A stretch of DNA of 64,000 nucleotides from Candidatus Poribacteria bacterium (GCA_965208425.1 OZ242335.1:188544-252543), one strand, 5' to 3'; positions 50,383 to 59,821 are shown, numbered from the stretch's first letter. Made by a program: numbers and translations. The notes: generated by a model not told the origin, from the letters alone.

Positions 50383-50760
50383 AACGTGCGTGAACTGGAA
50401 AACGCGATTGAACGCGCCGTTCTGCTTGAGACCACAGAACAGTTACAACCAGGTAACCTGCCTCGAAAGATTCTGTCAACGGTCTCTTCCAAACCTATCT
50501 TCTTTCGCTCATGTTAAGATTTAGTGCAAAGAAACCGAGTTTTTTCGGCAAAACTCGGTTTCTCTTCGTGCTTTGCACTTTCTTTTTATATGAGCCTCTT
50601 CTTTTTCCGTGACCCAACAGAAATCCCGCTGTTTCAAGAGGTGGAACGTCAAACGTTGGCTCACGCGCTCAAGGTGATGGACAATAATATCACAAACAAA
50701 GGCCGCCCAAGCCTTGAACATTGACCGATCAACTCTTTATCGGAAATTGAAGTTGTATCA
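50383..50760 (+). pseudogene. remnant of a sigma-54-dependent (NtrC-family) activator C-terminus, split by a MITE2 insertion and frameshifted
   Basis: My translation gives YDFPGNVRELENAIERAVLLE... before the MITE. After it, in another frame, ...AAQALNIDRSTLYRKLKLYQL (Fis-type HTH). No AAA+ domain is present upstream. Confidence 0.5.
50505..50592. mobile_element. MITE family 2, short form, inserted into the NtrC-like remnant
   Basis: cgctcatgttaagatttagtgcaaagaaaccgagttttttcggcaaaactcggtttctcttcgtgctttgcactttctttttatatgagc. Confidence 0.6.
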
Positions 50761-50982
50761 ACTTGTCGAGTCGGATTAAAGTCCCCAAGAACTTGGCTTC
50801 AAACCGATTTGTCATTCCGTGAAACATGAAGATCGGGGAATGGAATCATCTCTTCACAGCACAATGTACCAATAAGTCTTCTCGATTGTCGTAAAATGCG
50901 AAAAGTAGTATAGTATTCTGCGACAACCCCGACTCTATCTAGCTTTATCACAGACTTTCCGCCGCTATCCTCCCACTTAATC

Positions 50983-51017
50983 GGTTTCAACTGTCGCATT
51001 TTGCGACAGTTGAAACC
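50983..51017. repeat. perfect 16-bp-stem hairpin (ggtttcaactgtcgca ttt tgcgacagttgaaacc)
   Basis: Seen directly. No flanking T-tract on either strand, so probably not an intrinsic terminator. Confidence 0.6.
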
Positions 51018-51505
51018 CATCTAATCTCACGCTATCTGCCCGCCTGTATCCTTCAAAGACAAGCCTATCCAGGGATTTCTCAGGTTTCGCCCTCGTTCGA
51101 TAAGCATTGGCACAGTTTATGCTTATAAGTCCAGTAATCCTTCCCACGGCAGGGGTCCACTTCACCATCCTCGGTGTTGCCTGTTGCTCCCCTTGGACGG
51201 GGATTGGGTCCGATAAATCGGGACTAGGGAGGATTGGGAGGGTTTCCCATTTATACAATATTGAAGTTTATCTTTAGGCGGAGTATCACGCTACAATCTT
51301 GGCTCAATTTTACGAGGGGACGCAGATGCAAAACAGATGCGTCGATAAAATAGAAGGCTCAGCACGCTTTCTTAACATGAACCAAATAGAAAAGCCCTTC
51401 GCTATTTTCTCAGTTGACCGGGTATATCCCGAGCAAGTCTGTTTGTTACCCTCGTCGTGTCTGCACCCTCCGATATTGATACAAATGTTAACGTCTGTTA
51501 CTTTA

Positions 51506-51519
51506 CCCCCCCCCCCCCC
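51506..51519. repeat. C14 homopolymer tract
   Basis: Fourteen consecutive C in the ORF-poor region about 450 bp upstream of the T9SS cargo gene at 51972. Confidence 0.7.
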
Positions 51520-51971
51520 GATTCACACTCGTTAAATATACACTTCAAACTAAACAATCTCAGCAGTTACTGTCGTTTTGTCTACTTCCCCCGTACACTG
51601 TCCCGAACAGAACGTCACGTTCTGCCGCTGTTGGCAATCTGTGCTCACCCCCGATTCCTGTCACATATCGTCGAGGATTCCCGATTTTCCCCTTTACAAG
51701 CCGCTTTACTCACCCACGCTTTCAATTCTATTGCAGTGTTAAGGCTCCGCCCATATCTCTACATGCACAAAACTGTTGATTTTGGAAAATCAATCTATGG
51801 CAAGGGCAACCACGAATTTCTGAATCCCGATGCGTCGGGGTATTGTGCCTGCCCTAAATACTCAGAAACAAACGTCTAACCTTTACCCAATTATATGTTC
51901 CAATTACAAACCAATGAAAGGTTCAATGGGGTGTCCTACAGGGCACCCCGCTTTTAACCAAAAGGAGATTT

Positions 51972-54941
51972 ATGATGTTTAAGTCAAAAATGATTGTGTC
52001 AATTTTCGCGGTGGTGTGGTTGATATATGGTTTCCAAAATATTAGTTATGGGCAGGAGGCAGTTACAGGTGAGATTACAGAGTGTTCGGGGACTCGGCGG
52101 GCCTGGCCATTAGAGACTTGGGTAGACGTAACAATACGAGGTACTGTCCAGGCTACGAGAAATGTGACGAGTTTACAGATTACCGGATCTGCCAACGGAA
52201 AGTCTGTTGGGATTGATTCGATGGGGCAACTTTCAGCAGGTCAATCCAGGAATTTTTCAATTACCGGGTTTATTGTTACCGATGAGAATACACTGGATTG
52301 TAGTGTTAGCCTTGAGTGGATTGAATTTACGCAGCCGGAACCTGATCCACCTGAAAACAACGAGCCGCCCGATGGAAATACAGGCTCACCGCCCAACAAC
52401 GGACAGTCCGGTGGAACGACATACACCTCTGGTGAAGTGATTCCAACGCTTCCTTCCGGGGGCTCCTCGGTAGTATTCCAAGGTGGATTCAGATCAAGAA
52501 ATGCGCGGTTCAGACTTTCTGGAGGGGTATACACTATTAATTTTGAGAATGGAGGGTTTATAGAAACGGGTGGAATTACATACACCTGCATCACTTCTGG
52601 TGGGTGCACAGTTAGAAATGGACGTGTGACTCAAGGAACGATTCAGGTTGGTGGCACGGCTCCACCGCCACCTGTAGAGGAATCGGACTTAGCAGTAGAC
52701 CAACCGACGGTGAGTAAAAGCACTTTAGATCCAGGTGAACGTTTTACGCTATCTACCACCGTCAGAAACAATGGTTCCGGCAGGGCGGGTTCGACGACGT
52801 TGCGCTATTATCGGTCCAGTGATAATAGGATTTCGACCGGTGATACAGAAGTCGGCACGGACAGCGTTAGCGCACTTAGTGCAAATCGGAGTAGTGATGA
52901 AAGTATCACGGTCACAGCCCCAACATCGCCAGGAACCTATTATTACGGTGCGTGTGTTGAATCGGTTTCGGATGAGAGTAACTCTAACAATAACTGCTCT
53001 GCTGCGGTGCGTATCACAGTAAAACAGTTAAAATCGGACTTAGTAGTGGATCGACCGACGGTCAGCAAAAGCACGTTAGCCCCCGGTGAGAACTTTACGC
53101 TGTCTGCCACCGTCAAGAACAATGGAGAAGCAAGGGCAGGTTCGACGACGTTACGCTATTATCGCTCGACCGATACCACGATTTCGACCGGTGATACAGA
53201 AGTCGGCACGGACAGCGTTAGCGCGCTTGATGCGAATGGGAGCAGTGCTCAGAGCATTACACTCACAGCCCCAACATCTCCTGGAACATACTATTACGGT
53301 GCGTGTGTTGAATCGGTTTCAGATGAGAGTAACTCTAACAATAACTGCTCTGATGCGGTAAGCGTCACAGTGAATCAGCCAACGCTAAGTGCCTCAACCC
53401 CGCCACGATTAACAGAGGCGGTGCTTGATAGCAGTGAAGTGACACTGACGATGACAGATGCCACTTACGACCAATCCCTGTCCACAATCAGCAACGCCAT
53501 AACGGTATCCGGTATTGTAGGTGTTACGGTTGGTACGGTCAGGCGGGTAAACGACACGGAGGTTACAGTCACACTTGCCTTCGACGGAACAGATTTTGAC
53601 ACCGATGCGACCCTTACCTTCAGTGTGGGTGCAGATGCTATAGCAAACTACGATGGCTCCGCCCTAACAGCACAAGTCCCCGTCACCGCAATCAAAGGAT
53701 TTGATTTTGATTTGTCTGTGCCGGCGGGCATCAGCATGATTCATGTGCCTTTGAAGGTAACAAAGGTTGACGGGGTAGCCAAGACGATTGAATCCATCTC
53801 CGACCTCTACGCCGCGCTCGGTGGGGACGACGCTGTCATTTTTCTTATGACCTATGACTCCCAACAAGGTTGGCTCGGCTATTGGGGTACTTCGGATACA
53901 GGCACCGCCGCCGATAGAACTTTGACTGATGACATGGGGATTTATGCCCGGCTGATTGTCCCGGTTTCGGTTCAACTCACCGGCGAGACGCTGGGGACTA
54001 TAGGCAGCGGGACTATCACCTTAAATCAAGGACTGAACCTTGTGGGGCTCCCCTTGCGAGACTCAAGGATAACCCGTGTAAGTGACCTGTTCACGCTCGA
54101 TGGGATTCGTGGCAACGTCTTTGGGATTTCGCTCGCTGATGATGGAGAGTTTAAGACTGTCGGACAGGCAGGGGATCCGGGCGATATTCCCGTTACTGGT
54201 GGACAAAGTTTTATCCTGACCGCTCAGAGATCGGCAACGGTCACTATTTCCGGTGAAGCATGGACTAACGTTTCAGAGACAGCTGCCGCCCCATCGTTAT
54301 CCCTGAAGGGCATTGAGGTGGAGGATACGACGCCTGTTTTAGCGTTGAGGGGGACGATTGTTGATGAACAAAGGGACTTAAACCAGTCAGGCTTCCGTGT
54401 GACTGTCAAGAACCTTTCAACCGGCAGATCTATCACCGGCATGACCAAAGCGGAAGGTGATGTGTATAAGCTCACCGTCGTTGACATAGAAATGGGTCAA
54501 GCCGCTGCGATTGGCGATGTCCTTGAAATCTCCGCTCAATCTCCCAATCCGTTAATCGGTGTAGAGCCGTTACGTTATACCTTGACTGCGGAAGATGTCA
54601 AGCGGAGCCTCATTCAGTTGCCAGAACTGGTTGCCTATGAGATACCCGCAGAGACCCAACTGTTGCCCAACTACCCCAACCCGTTCAATCCGGAAACATG
54701 GATACCGTATCGGTTGGCAGAGGACGCTTTCGTGACATTGACCATCTATGATCAGACCGGTCAAGTTGTCCGCTCCCTTGACGTGGGATACCAGACTGCG
54801 GCGGTCTACGAAAGTCGATCCAAGGCAATCTATTGGGACGGTAGAAACGAGTTTGGTGAAACCGTGGCAAGTGGAATCTATTTCTACCATCTGTCGGCGG
54901 ACGATTATTCTGCGACACGGAAGATGCTAATTTTGAAGTAG
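51972..54941 (+). CDS. large secreted protein with two tandem CARDB domains and a T9SS C-terminal sorting domain
   Basis: AAGGAG SD. Signal peptide. Two ~105-aa near-identical CARDB-like repeats (..PTVSKSTL.PGE.FTLS.TV.NNG..RAGSTTLRYYRS.D..ISTGDTEVGTDSVSAL...ESNSNNNCS). C-terminal NYPNPFNPETWIPY...GIYFYHL tail. Confidence 0.8.
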   Translation: MMFKSKMIVSIFAVVWLIYGFQNISYGQEAVTGEITECSGTRRAWPLETWVDVTIRGTVQATRNVTSLQITGSANGKSVGIDSMGQLSAGQSRNFSITGFIVTDENTLDCSVSLEWIEFTQPEPDPPENNEPPDGNTGSPPNNGQSGGTTYTSGEVIPTLPSGGSSVVFQGGFRSRNARFRLSGGVYTINFENGGFIETGGITYTCITSGGCTVRNGRVTQGTIQVGGTAPPPPVEESDLAVDQPTVSKSTLDPGERFTLSTTVRNNGSGRAGSTTLRYYRSSDNRISTGDTEVGTDSVSALSANRSSDESITVTAPTSPGTYYYGACVESVSDESNSNNNCSAAVRITVKQLKSDLVVDRPTVSKSTLAPGENFTLSATVKNNGEARAGSTTLRYYRSTDTTISTGDTEVGTDSVSALDANGSSAQSITLTAPTSPGTYYYGACVESVSDESNSNNNCSDAVSVTVNQPTLSASTPPRLTEAVLDSSEVTLTMTDATYDQSLSTISNAITVSGIVGVTVGTVRRVNDTEVTVTLAFDGTDFDTDATLTFSVGADAIANYDGSALTAQVPVTAIKGFDFDLSVPAGISMIHVPLKVTKVDGVAKTIESISDLYAALGGDDAVIFLMTYDSQQGWLGYWGTSDTGTAADRTLTDDMGIYARLIVPVSVQLTGETLGTIGSGTITLNQGLNLVGLPLRDSRITRVSDLFTLDGIRGNVFGISLADDGEFKTVGQAGDPGDIPVTGGQSFILTAQRSATVTISGEAWTNVSETAAAPSLSLKGIEVEDTTPVLALRGTIVDEQRDLNQSGFRVTVKNLSTGRSITGMTKAEGDVYKLTVVDIEMGQAAAIGDVLEISAQSPNPLIGVEPLRYTLTAEDVKRSLIQLPELVAYEIPAETQLLPNYPNPFNPETWIPYRLAEDAFVTLTIYDQTGQVVRSLDVGYQTAAVYESRSKAIYWDGRNEFGETVASGIYFYHLSADDYSATRKMLILK

Positions 54942-55336
54942 GTCATACAGTTTGATCTATAGCCAGAACAAATAGCATATAGGAGTTACACCCTTTAGTT
55001 TGTAGTAGCGCGTTCATTGCGCGTTCTTCCCTCCCCCCGATTCCGATTCTTCCCGATGGATCCCCGATATGATCGGGACAGGTTCCGACCTGTCGGAATG
55101 CTCGGAACGGCACGGAACGAAGAAGCGTGAACTCCGCTTTGCGGAGAAGTTCCCGTGACCGGGACGGGAGATAGAGGGGGAACGGGCGATAAATCGCCCT
55201 ACTACAAACCTATGGATTTAATTATAGTTGCCCGATTCATTGGACTTTGAGCGTTCAAGTGCATAAGTCCTATCAAGTGTCAAAGTTACCAGCTAACCGA
55301 AAACGGATTTATCCGTTCAAAACCGAGGAGGATGTT

Positions 55337-57217
55337 ATGAATCTCATGAAAAAGAGGCTGTTTTTTGGCTTCAAATTCGTTTTAATCTTTGCTCTGTTTC
55401 TATCAAACAGCCATGGCACATATATTCCCCAAACTGTTCTCGAAGGGCATACAAATTCGGTCAATAGTGTATCGTTCAGTCCTGATGGTAGTATGCTCGC
55501 CAGTGGAAGTAGTGACAAAAGGATTCGTCTTTGGAATGCCGCTACAGGCGTGCTCCTCCACACTCTCACGGGACATGAGGGCGGTGTCAAGAGCGTAACG
55601 TTCAGTCCTGATGGTAGTATGCTTGTCAGTGGGGGTGATGACAACACGATTCGTCTTTGGGATGTCGCCACCCGTAAGGAACTGAAGACCCTTGAGGGGC
55701 ATACGACTTCGGTCAGGAGCGTAGCGTTCAGTCCTGATGGTAGTATGCTTGCCAGTGGGAGTGATGACAACACGATTCGTCTATGGGATGTTGCTACGGG
55801 TGAGGAACCCAAGATACTGAGGGGAGAATGGTGGAATGATCGTATTGAATCCGTAGCGTTCAGTCCTGATGGTAGTATGCTTGTCAGTGGGGGTGCTGAC
55901 AATACGATTCGTCTGTGGGATGTCGCTACGGGTAAGGAACTAATGACCCTCACGGGGCATAGGTCTCTTGTCTATAGTGTAGCGTTCAGTCCTGATGGTA
56001 GTATGCTTGCCAGTGGGAGTGCTGACAATACGATTCGTCTGTGGGATGTTAGCACCGGCAAGGGACTGAATACCCTTGAACTATCTAGTATTTGGCAGGG
56101 TTATAGTGTCTATAGTGTAACGTTCAGTCCTGATGGTAGTATGCTTGCCAGTGGGAGTGATGACAACACGATTCGTCTTTGGGAGCTACCGTCCACCCAT
56201 GTTAGCATTACGCCTTCCCCGGTGGAGTCACCAGCAGTGGGTGAGCAGTTGGTCATCAACGTTAGTATTAAAGGAGGGAAAAACGTGCGAGGCTATGCGG
56301 TCAACGTAGGGTATAATCCGTTCACACTCCGCTATGTTTCCCACACCCGCGGCGATTATCTGCCCGGCAACGTATTTCCCGGGCCAGAGATACTTCCGCC
56401 AGACGAGATGTTTAATAGAAATGATGCTTTCGTGATTTTTACTATGGTTTCACCGGATGGGGTTAAAAGTGGTGACGGCACCCTTGCCACTATCACTTTT
56501 GAGGTTGTTGCTCGAAGGGCATCTACGCTTGAGTTATACGTAGCACTCTCTGATAGTGATGGCGAACGGTTGGGGCATTGGTCGAAAGATGGAAGCGTGA
56601 TTGAACCACCGTGGGATGTCAATGGGGACGGTTTCGTGAACCTCTTGGATTTGTCGATTGTTGCCTCCCGGTTTGGGGAGGGTGGGGACAATCGAGCTGA
56701 TGTTAATCGGGATGGGGTTGTTAATATTACGGACCTGATTTTGGTCGCCAGCGGAATGTATGGCGAGCTAGCCGCGCCCGCCGCCCATTTACAGACGGAG
56801 CCAACGCTTGCCCCTGCAGCGGTGAAAGGGTGGCTCGCTCAAGCACAGGGGTTAGATCTCACGGATGCAAGGTTACACAGGGGCGTTGCCTTCCTCGAAC
56901 AGCTGCTCGCGGTGTTGACCCCGAAAGAGACGCAACTGTTGGCAAACTATCCGAATCCGTTTAATCCTGAGACGTGGATACCTTACACGCTATCCGAGTA
57001 CAGCGACATAAGCATCCGGATCTACGATAGTAAAGGACAGGCAATCCGACAGCTATCACTCGGAATGAAACCAGCCGGTGTATACATTGACAAGGATTCC
57101 GCCGCGTATTGGGACGGAACAACGGAGACAGGGGAAAAGGTGTCAAGCGGTATTTACTTTTACTCGCTCTCCACTGGTTCAGCAATGTATACCAAGAAAA
57201 TGATCGTCGTCAAATAG
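55337..57217 (+). CDS. secreted WD40-repeat / cohesin-like / dockerin-repeat protein with a T9SS C-terminal sorting domain
   Basis: GAGGAGG SD before ATG 55337. Six units of the form VNSVSFSPDGSMLASGS.D.TIRLWD. Cohesin-like GDGTLATITFEVVA. Dockerin pair DVNGDGFVNLLDL / DVNRDGVVNITDL. NYPNPFNPETWIPY tail. Confidence 0.8.
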   Translation: MNLMKKRLFFGFKFVLIFALFLSNSHGTYIPQTVLEGHTNSVNSVSFSPDGSMLASGSSDKRIRLWNAATGVLLHTLTGHEGGVKSVTFSPDGSMLVSGGDDNTIRLWDVATRKELKTLEGHTTSVRSVAFSPDGSMLASGSDDNTIRLWDVATGEEPKILRGEWWNDRIESVAFSPDGSMLVSGGADNTIRLWDVATGKELMTLTGHRSLVYSVAFSPDGSMLASGSADNTIRLWDVSTGKGLNTLELSSIWQGYSVYSVTFSPDGSMLASGSDDNTIRLWELPSTHVSITPSPVESPAVGEQLVINVSIKGGKNVRGYAVNVGYNPFTLRYVSHTRGDYLPGNVFPGPEILPPDEMFNRNDAFVIFTMVSPDGVKSGDGTLATITFEVVARRASTLELYVALSDSDGERLGHWSKDGSVIEPPWDVNGDGFVNLLDLSIVASRFGEGGDNRADVNRDGVVNITDLILVASGMYGELAAPAAHLQTEPTLAPAAVKGWLAQAQGLDLTDARLHRGVAFLEQLLAVLTPKETQLLANYPNPFNPETWIPYTLSEYSDISIRIYDSKGQAIRQLSLGMKPAGVYIDKDSAAYWDGTTETGEKVSSGIYFYSLSTGSAMYTKKMIVVK

Positions 57218-57409
57218 TATCAAATGACCTGATGATGGTTGGAATGCCGATGTTCATTGGCTTCCAGCCATCACGCATGAGCGGGTTGGCTTGGCTTGGT
57301 GAGCATATTCTTCGAGAAATTGATGCGTTTGGATATACGCATAACCCAGTATAGCAAAAAGGCTATCGGGTGTCAAATCCCTCTTCAAGTCACCGTTGGT
57401 GCGATTTTA

Positions 57410-58318
57410 TCATTGTTTGCCTCCTGTCGGTTTGGAACTGGCTAGGGTGGTGGTATCTTTGCAGCGTTGTGATTCGGTTGCTAAGTTAGCGTTGATGTCC
57501 TTGAGTAGATGTTGGGGTATCAGGTCAAGATATTGAGAGATGACGCGTTTGGAGAGCCGGGTAATCTGCGAGATTTTGTCAATATCGTCAGTGGCGGTGC
57601 GAACGGTCTTGACAATTTCATAATCGCGAATGTATCGGTCAACGGCTTCTTTGGAGTGTTTGGTCTTTGCAGCAATAGTGGGGGTGAGATGTCCTTGTAG
57701 ATAGAGGGTAACAATCTCTTTCTTATGGGTAATGGCACCCGATAAGTCATGGATATTGCCGCGTGTAGGCAAGAGTTTACCACTCGTTTTTTGCCATTCA
57801 TTGACATAATCGCTGACCACAGCATCACAGACATTGAGCAATACAGCCAAGTCGAGTTGTGTCAATAATGCGCCTTGGTCATAGGCTTGATAACACCAAC
57901 GGACCAATCGATTAATTCGTAGTTGACGAGCGGTCAATCCATTGCGAAAGGATTCAATATCCTCATCAGCGAGGTAGGTCAGAATAACCGGCTTCATACG
58001 GGTTTTAGCGATGGACTTTCCCTTTTGTGGATATTCATCAATAGGCACAGCCATCCAGACGAGTTGTCCATAACTGAGCATTCGCTCATTAGGTATCTGC
58101 TCCCCTGTGGCAAGTTTCTCAAGGGGTAAGGTAATCACAAAATAGTCCTCAACGGTTTTGACAATGTCATCGACAATCGCAGCGGCAGTGACTTCGCCTT
58201 TGTCGTACCCGTAAGAATTGATAAAGCGATGAATCAGCAACTGGCGCAGTGACTTGTCATTGATGCGTCTGAATTTCTTCTCGTTGACTTCGGTTCGGGT
58301 CAATGTTTTGCCCATCAA
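57410..58318 (-). CDS. double-HTH DNA-binding protein, paralogue B (resembles DUF1670-type proteins; assignment tentative)
   Basis: 302 aa. The conserved core shared with its neighbour, ...QAYDQGALLTQLDLAVLL...HKKEIVTLYLQGHLTPTIAAKTKHSKEAVDRYIRDYE, is predicted from the sequence pattern to form two helix-turn-helix units. Confidence 0.65.
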   Translation of the reverse strand: MMGKTLTRTEVNEKKFRRINDKSLRQLLIHRFINSYGYDKGEVTAAAIVDDIVKTVEDYFVITLPLEKLATGEQIPNERMLSYGQLVWMAVPIDEYPQKGKSIAKTRMKPVILTYLADEDIESFRNGLTARQLRINRLVRWCYQAYDQGALLTQLDLAVLLNVCDAVVSDYVNEWQKTSGKLLPTRGNIHDLSGAITHKKEIVTLYLQGHLTPTIAAKTKHSKEAVDRYIRDYEIVKTVRTATDDIDKISQITRLSKRVISQYLDLIPQHLLKDINANLATESQRCKDTTTLASSKPTGGKQ

Positions 58319-59124
58319 TTGTCCCCCTTTTTCGCATCAACTGGTTCCGGGTGAAGCAGTTGAGTCATTCGCTCGGTTTGTTGATACTCATTGTATAGCA
58401 ACAGATACTCCCGAATCAGCCGGTCCGATAGATGGCTTATCAGCCGTATCTGTCCCTTGGCAAAGCCTTGACTATGGAGGCTGGCTACCTGTGTAAAGTC
58501 ACTCAGGTATCGCCAGATCGCTCGCTCGGTGTGGTTAGTCTTTTGCTCTATTTTGGTGAACTGATACCCTTTGAAGTAGAGTTCGAGAATCTGAGTCTTA
58601 TGAGAAACGCCAGGGCCCATGTCGTGTTTGGCACCCCGGGTCATCACAAAATAACCGTCCTGTTTCAACTGGCGAATATCGCGTTTGACCGTGGCTGGAC
58701 TGGTCGTTAAGAGTACCGCTAAATCTTCATAGCTGAGTAGGGCATCTTGGTCATAGGCTTGTTTGGTTAAGCGGAGGATCCGATGCCGTCTCAGACCTGA
58801 AAGTCCGTAATTGGCTAACACCTCAACGTCGGCTTGCATATCATTGAGAGTGAGTCGGCAGGATACCTTTTTCGCTAAGGCGATGTGTTTACCGGCTGGT
58901 TCGTCGGCTGCGACTACCTCGTAGCAGATTTGACCCGATGTCAGTTCAATTTCGGCGTGTTGGGCAAAGTAGGAAGCAATCTGTTTGTAGTAGGCTTCGG
59001 CAATGATAGGCATTAGATTAAAGTCTGATGATATTTTCTGAATAATCGCTGCACGGGCAGTCTTGGATTGTAGGCGGTTGACACCGTAGGCTCTATCGGT
59101 TTGTGGCTTCATATAGACCTCCAT
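58315..59124 (-). CDS. double-HTH DNA-binding protein, paralogue A (DUF1670-like, tentative); stop overlaps the start of paralogue B (ATGA)
   Basis: 269 aa. ...QAYDQDALLSYEDLAVLLTTSPATVKRDIRQLKQDGYFV...HKTQILELYFKGYQFTKIEQKTNHTERAIWRYLSDF. Translational-coupling overlap with the downstream gene. Confidence 0.65.
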   Translation of the reverse strand: MEVYMKPQTDRAYGVNRLQSKTARAAIIQKISSDFNLMPIIAEAYYKQIASYFAQHAEIELTSGQICYEVVAADEPAGKHIALAKKVSCRLTLNDMQADVEVLANYGLSGLRRHRILRLTKQAYDQDALLSYEDLAVLLTTSPATVKRDIRQLKQDGYFVMTRGAKHDMGPGVSHKTQILELYFKGYQFTKIEQKTNHTERAIWRYLSDFTQVASLHSQGFAKGQIRLISHLSDRLIREYLLLYNEYQQTERMTQLLHPEPVDAKKGDN

Positions 59125-59272
59125 CAGTCGAGTGCAGTTGATGGCAATGCCATCTCCTTGTAGTTTAACTCATGGGGTCATTTGATACAAACTATAAATA
59201 GTATCAAATAACCAAACGGCAGTAGGGGGTAAGATTCACTTTTACCCTCTACTGCGAAATAGGGGGTAGATT

Positions 59273-59821
59273 ATGCATGTGGATAGCAGAGTTAGAAAAT
59301 GTATAGTGGTTTTATTGACTTCTGTTTTTATTGTAATGATTGTCGGTTGTAGTGTGATTAACCCAGAGCCTCCTCCAATCGTTTGGAATGAGGGAAAGGA
59401 AAAAAAAGACGAACTCTTGCATGAGGCAGCTGCCGCGGCAGAACAGGATGTCAATATTAACACAGCGGGGTGGGTGCTAGGTGGCACGCTTTCCTCTGCC
59501 CTAGGAACCGGTCTTGGCACAATAATTGCGGCTGCGACTTTGGAAGGCGACGAATGGGGTTGGGATCGCTCTGAGTCGGTGATGATATTAACAGGTTTCA
59601 TAGGTCCTCCCATAGTGATGCTTATGTACGCTGATAGACCTGTACCTGTGGTAAAGATTCCACCGGAGCGGTTGATCGGTAAATCGCCTGAGTATATTGA
59701 GGCTTATACCCATTTCTATAGGGAAAAGACTCGCGTTGCTCGGACGCAAGCGGGATTGTTCGGCTGCGTTGCGACTCCCATTTTATTGGGTTTATCGGGA
59801 TTGTTGAATGTGCTTGATTAG
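59273..59821 (+). CDS. hypothetical lipoprotein (signal ..IVGCS)
   Basis: 182-aa ORF with a GGGGGT RBS. Lipobox present. Gly/Ala-rich segments. Confidence 0.5.
   Translation: MHVDSRVRKCIVVLLTSVFIVMIVGCSVINPEPPPIVWNEGKEKKDELLHEAAAAAEQDVNINTAGWVLGGTLSSALGTGLGTIIAAATLEGDEWGWDRSESVMILTGFIGPPIVMLMYADRPVPVVKIPPERLIGKSPEYIEAYTHFYREKTRVARTQAGLFGCVATPILLGLSGLLNVLD

Larger units (their letters stand above)
57217..59213. mobile_element. candidate ~2-kb cassette flanked by 13-bp inverted repeats (gtatcaaatgacc / ggtcatttgatac) and an 18-bp near-direct repeat (aaatagtatcaaat[g/a]acc)
   Basis: Left repeat at 57212-57229 overlaps the stop of the upstream gene. Right end has the inverted repeat at 59177-59189 and the direct copy at 59196-59213. 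The cassette carries two paralogous genes. Confidence 0.4.

Noticed and set aside
50799-51258. Two short minus-strand ORFs (73 and 93 aa) overlapping the perfect hairpin
   Set aside because: No RBS. They overlap each other and the palindrome. Likely non-coding.
51457-51879. 140-aa ORF in the leader of the T9SS cargo cluster
   Set aside because: No RBS. Pro/Ser/His-rich, atypical composition. Lies in a region otherwise lacking coding signal. The region is flagged as non-coding.
55309-55953. 214-aa minus-strand ORF
   Set aside because: Antisense to the WD40 repeats of the 55337 gene. Its internal repetition mirrors the WD40 DNA repeats.
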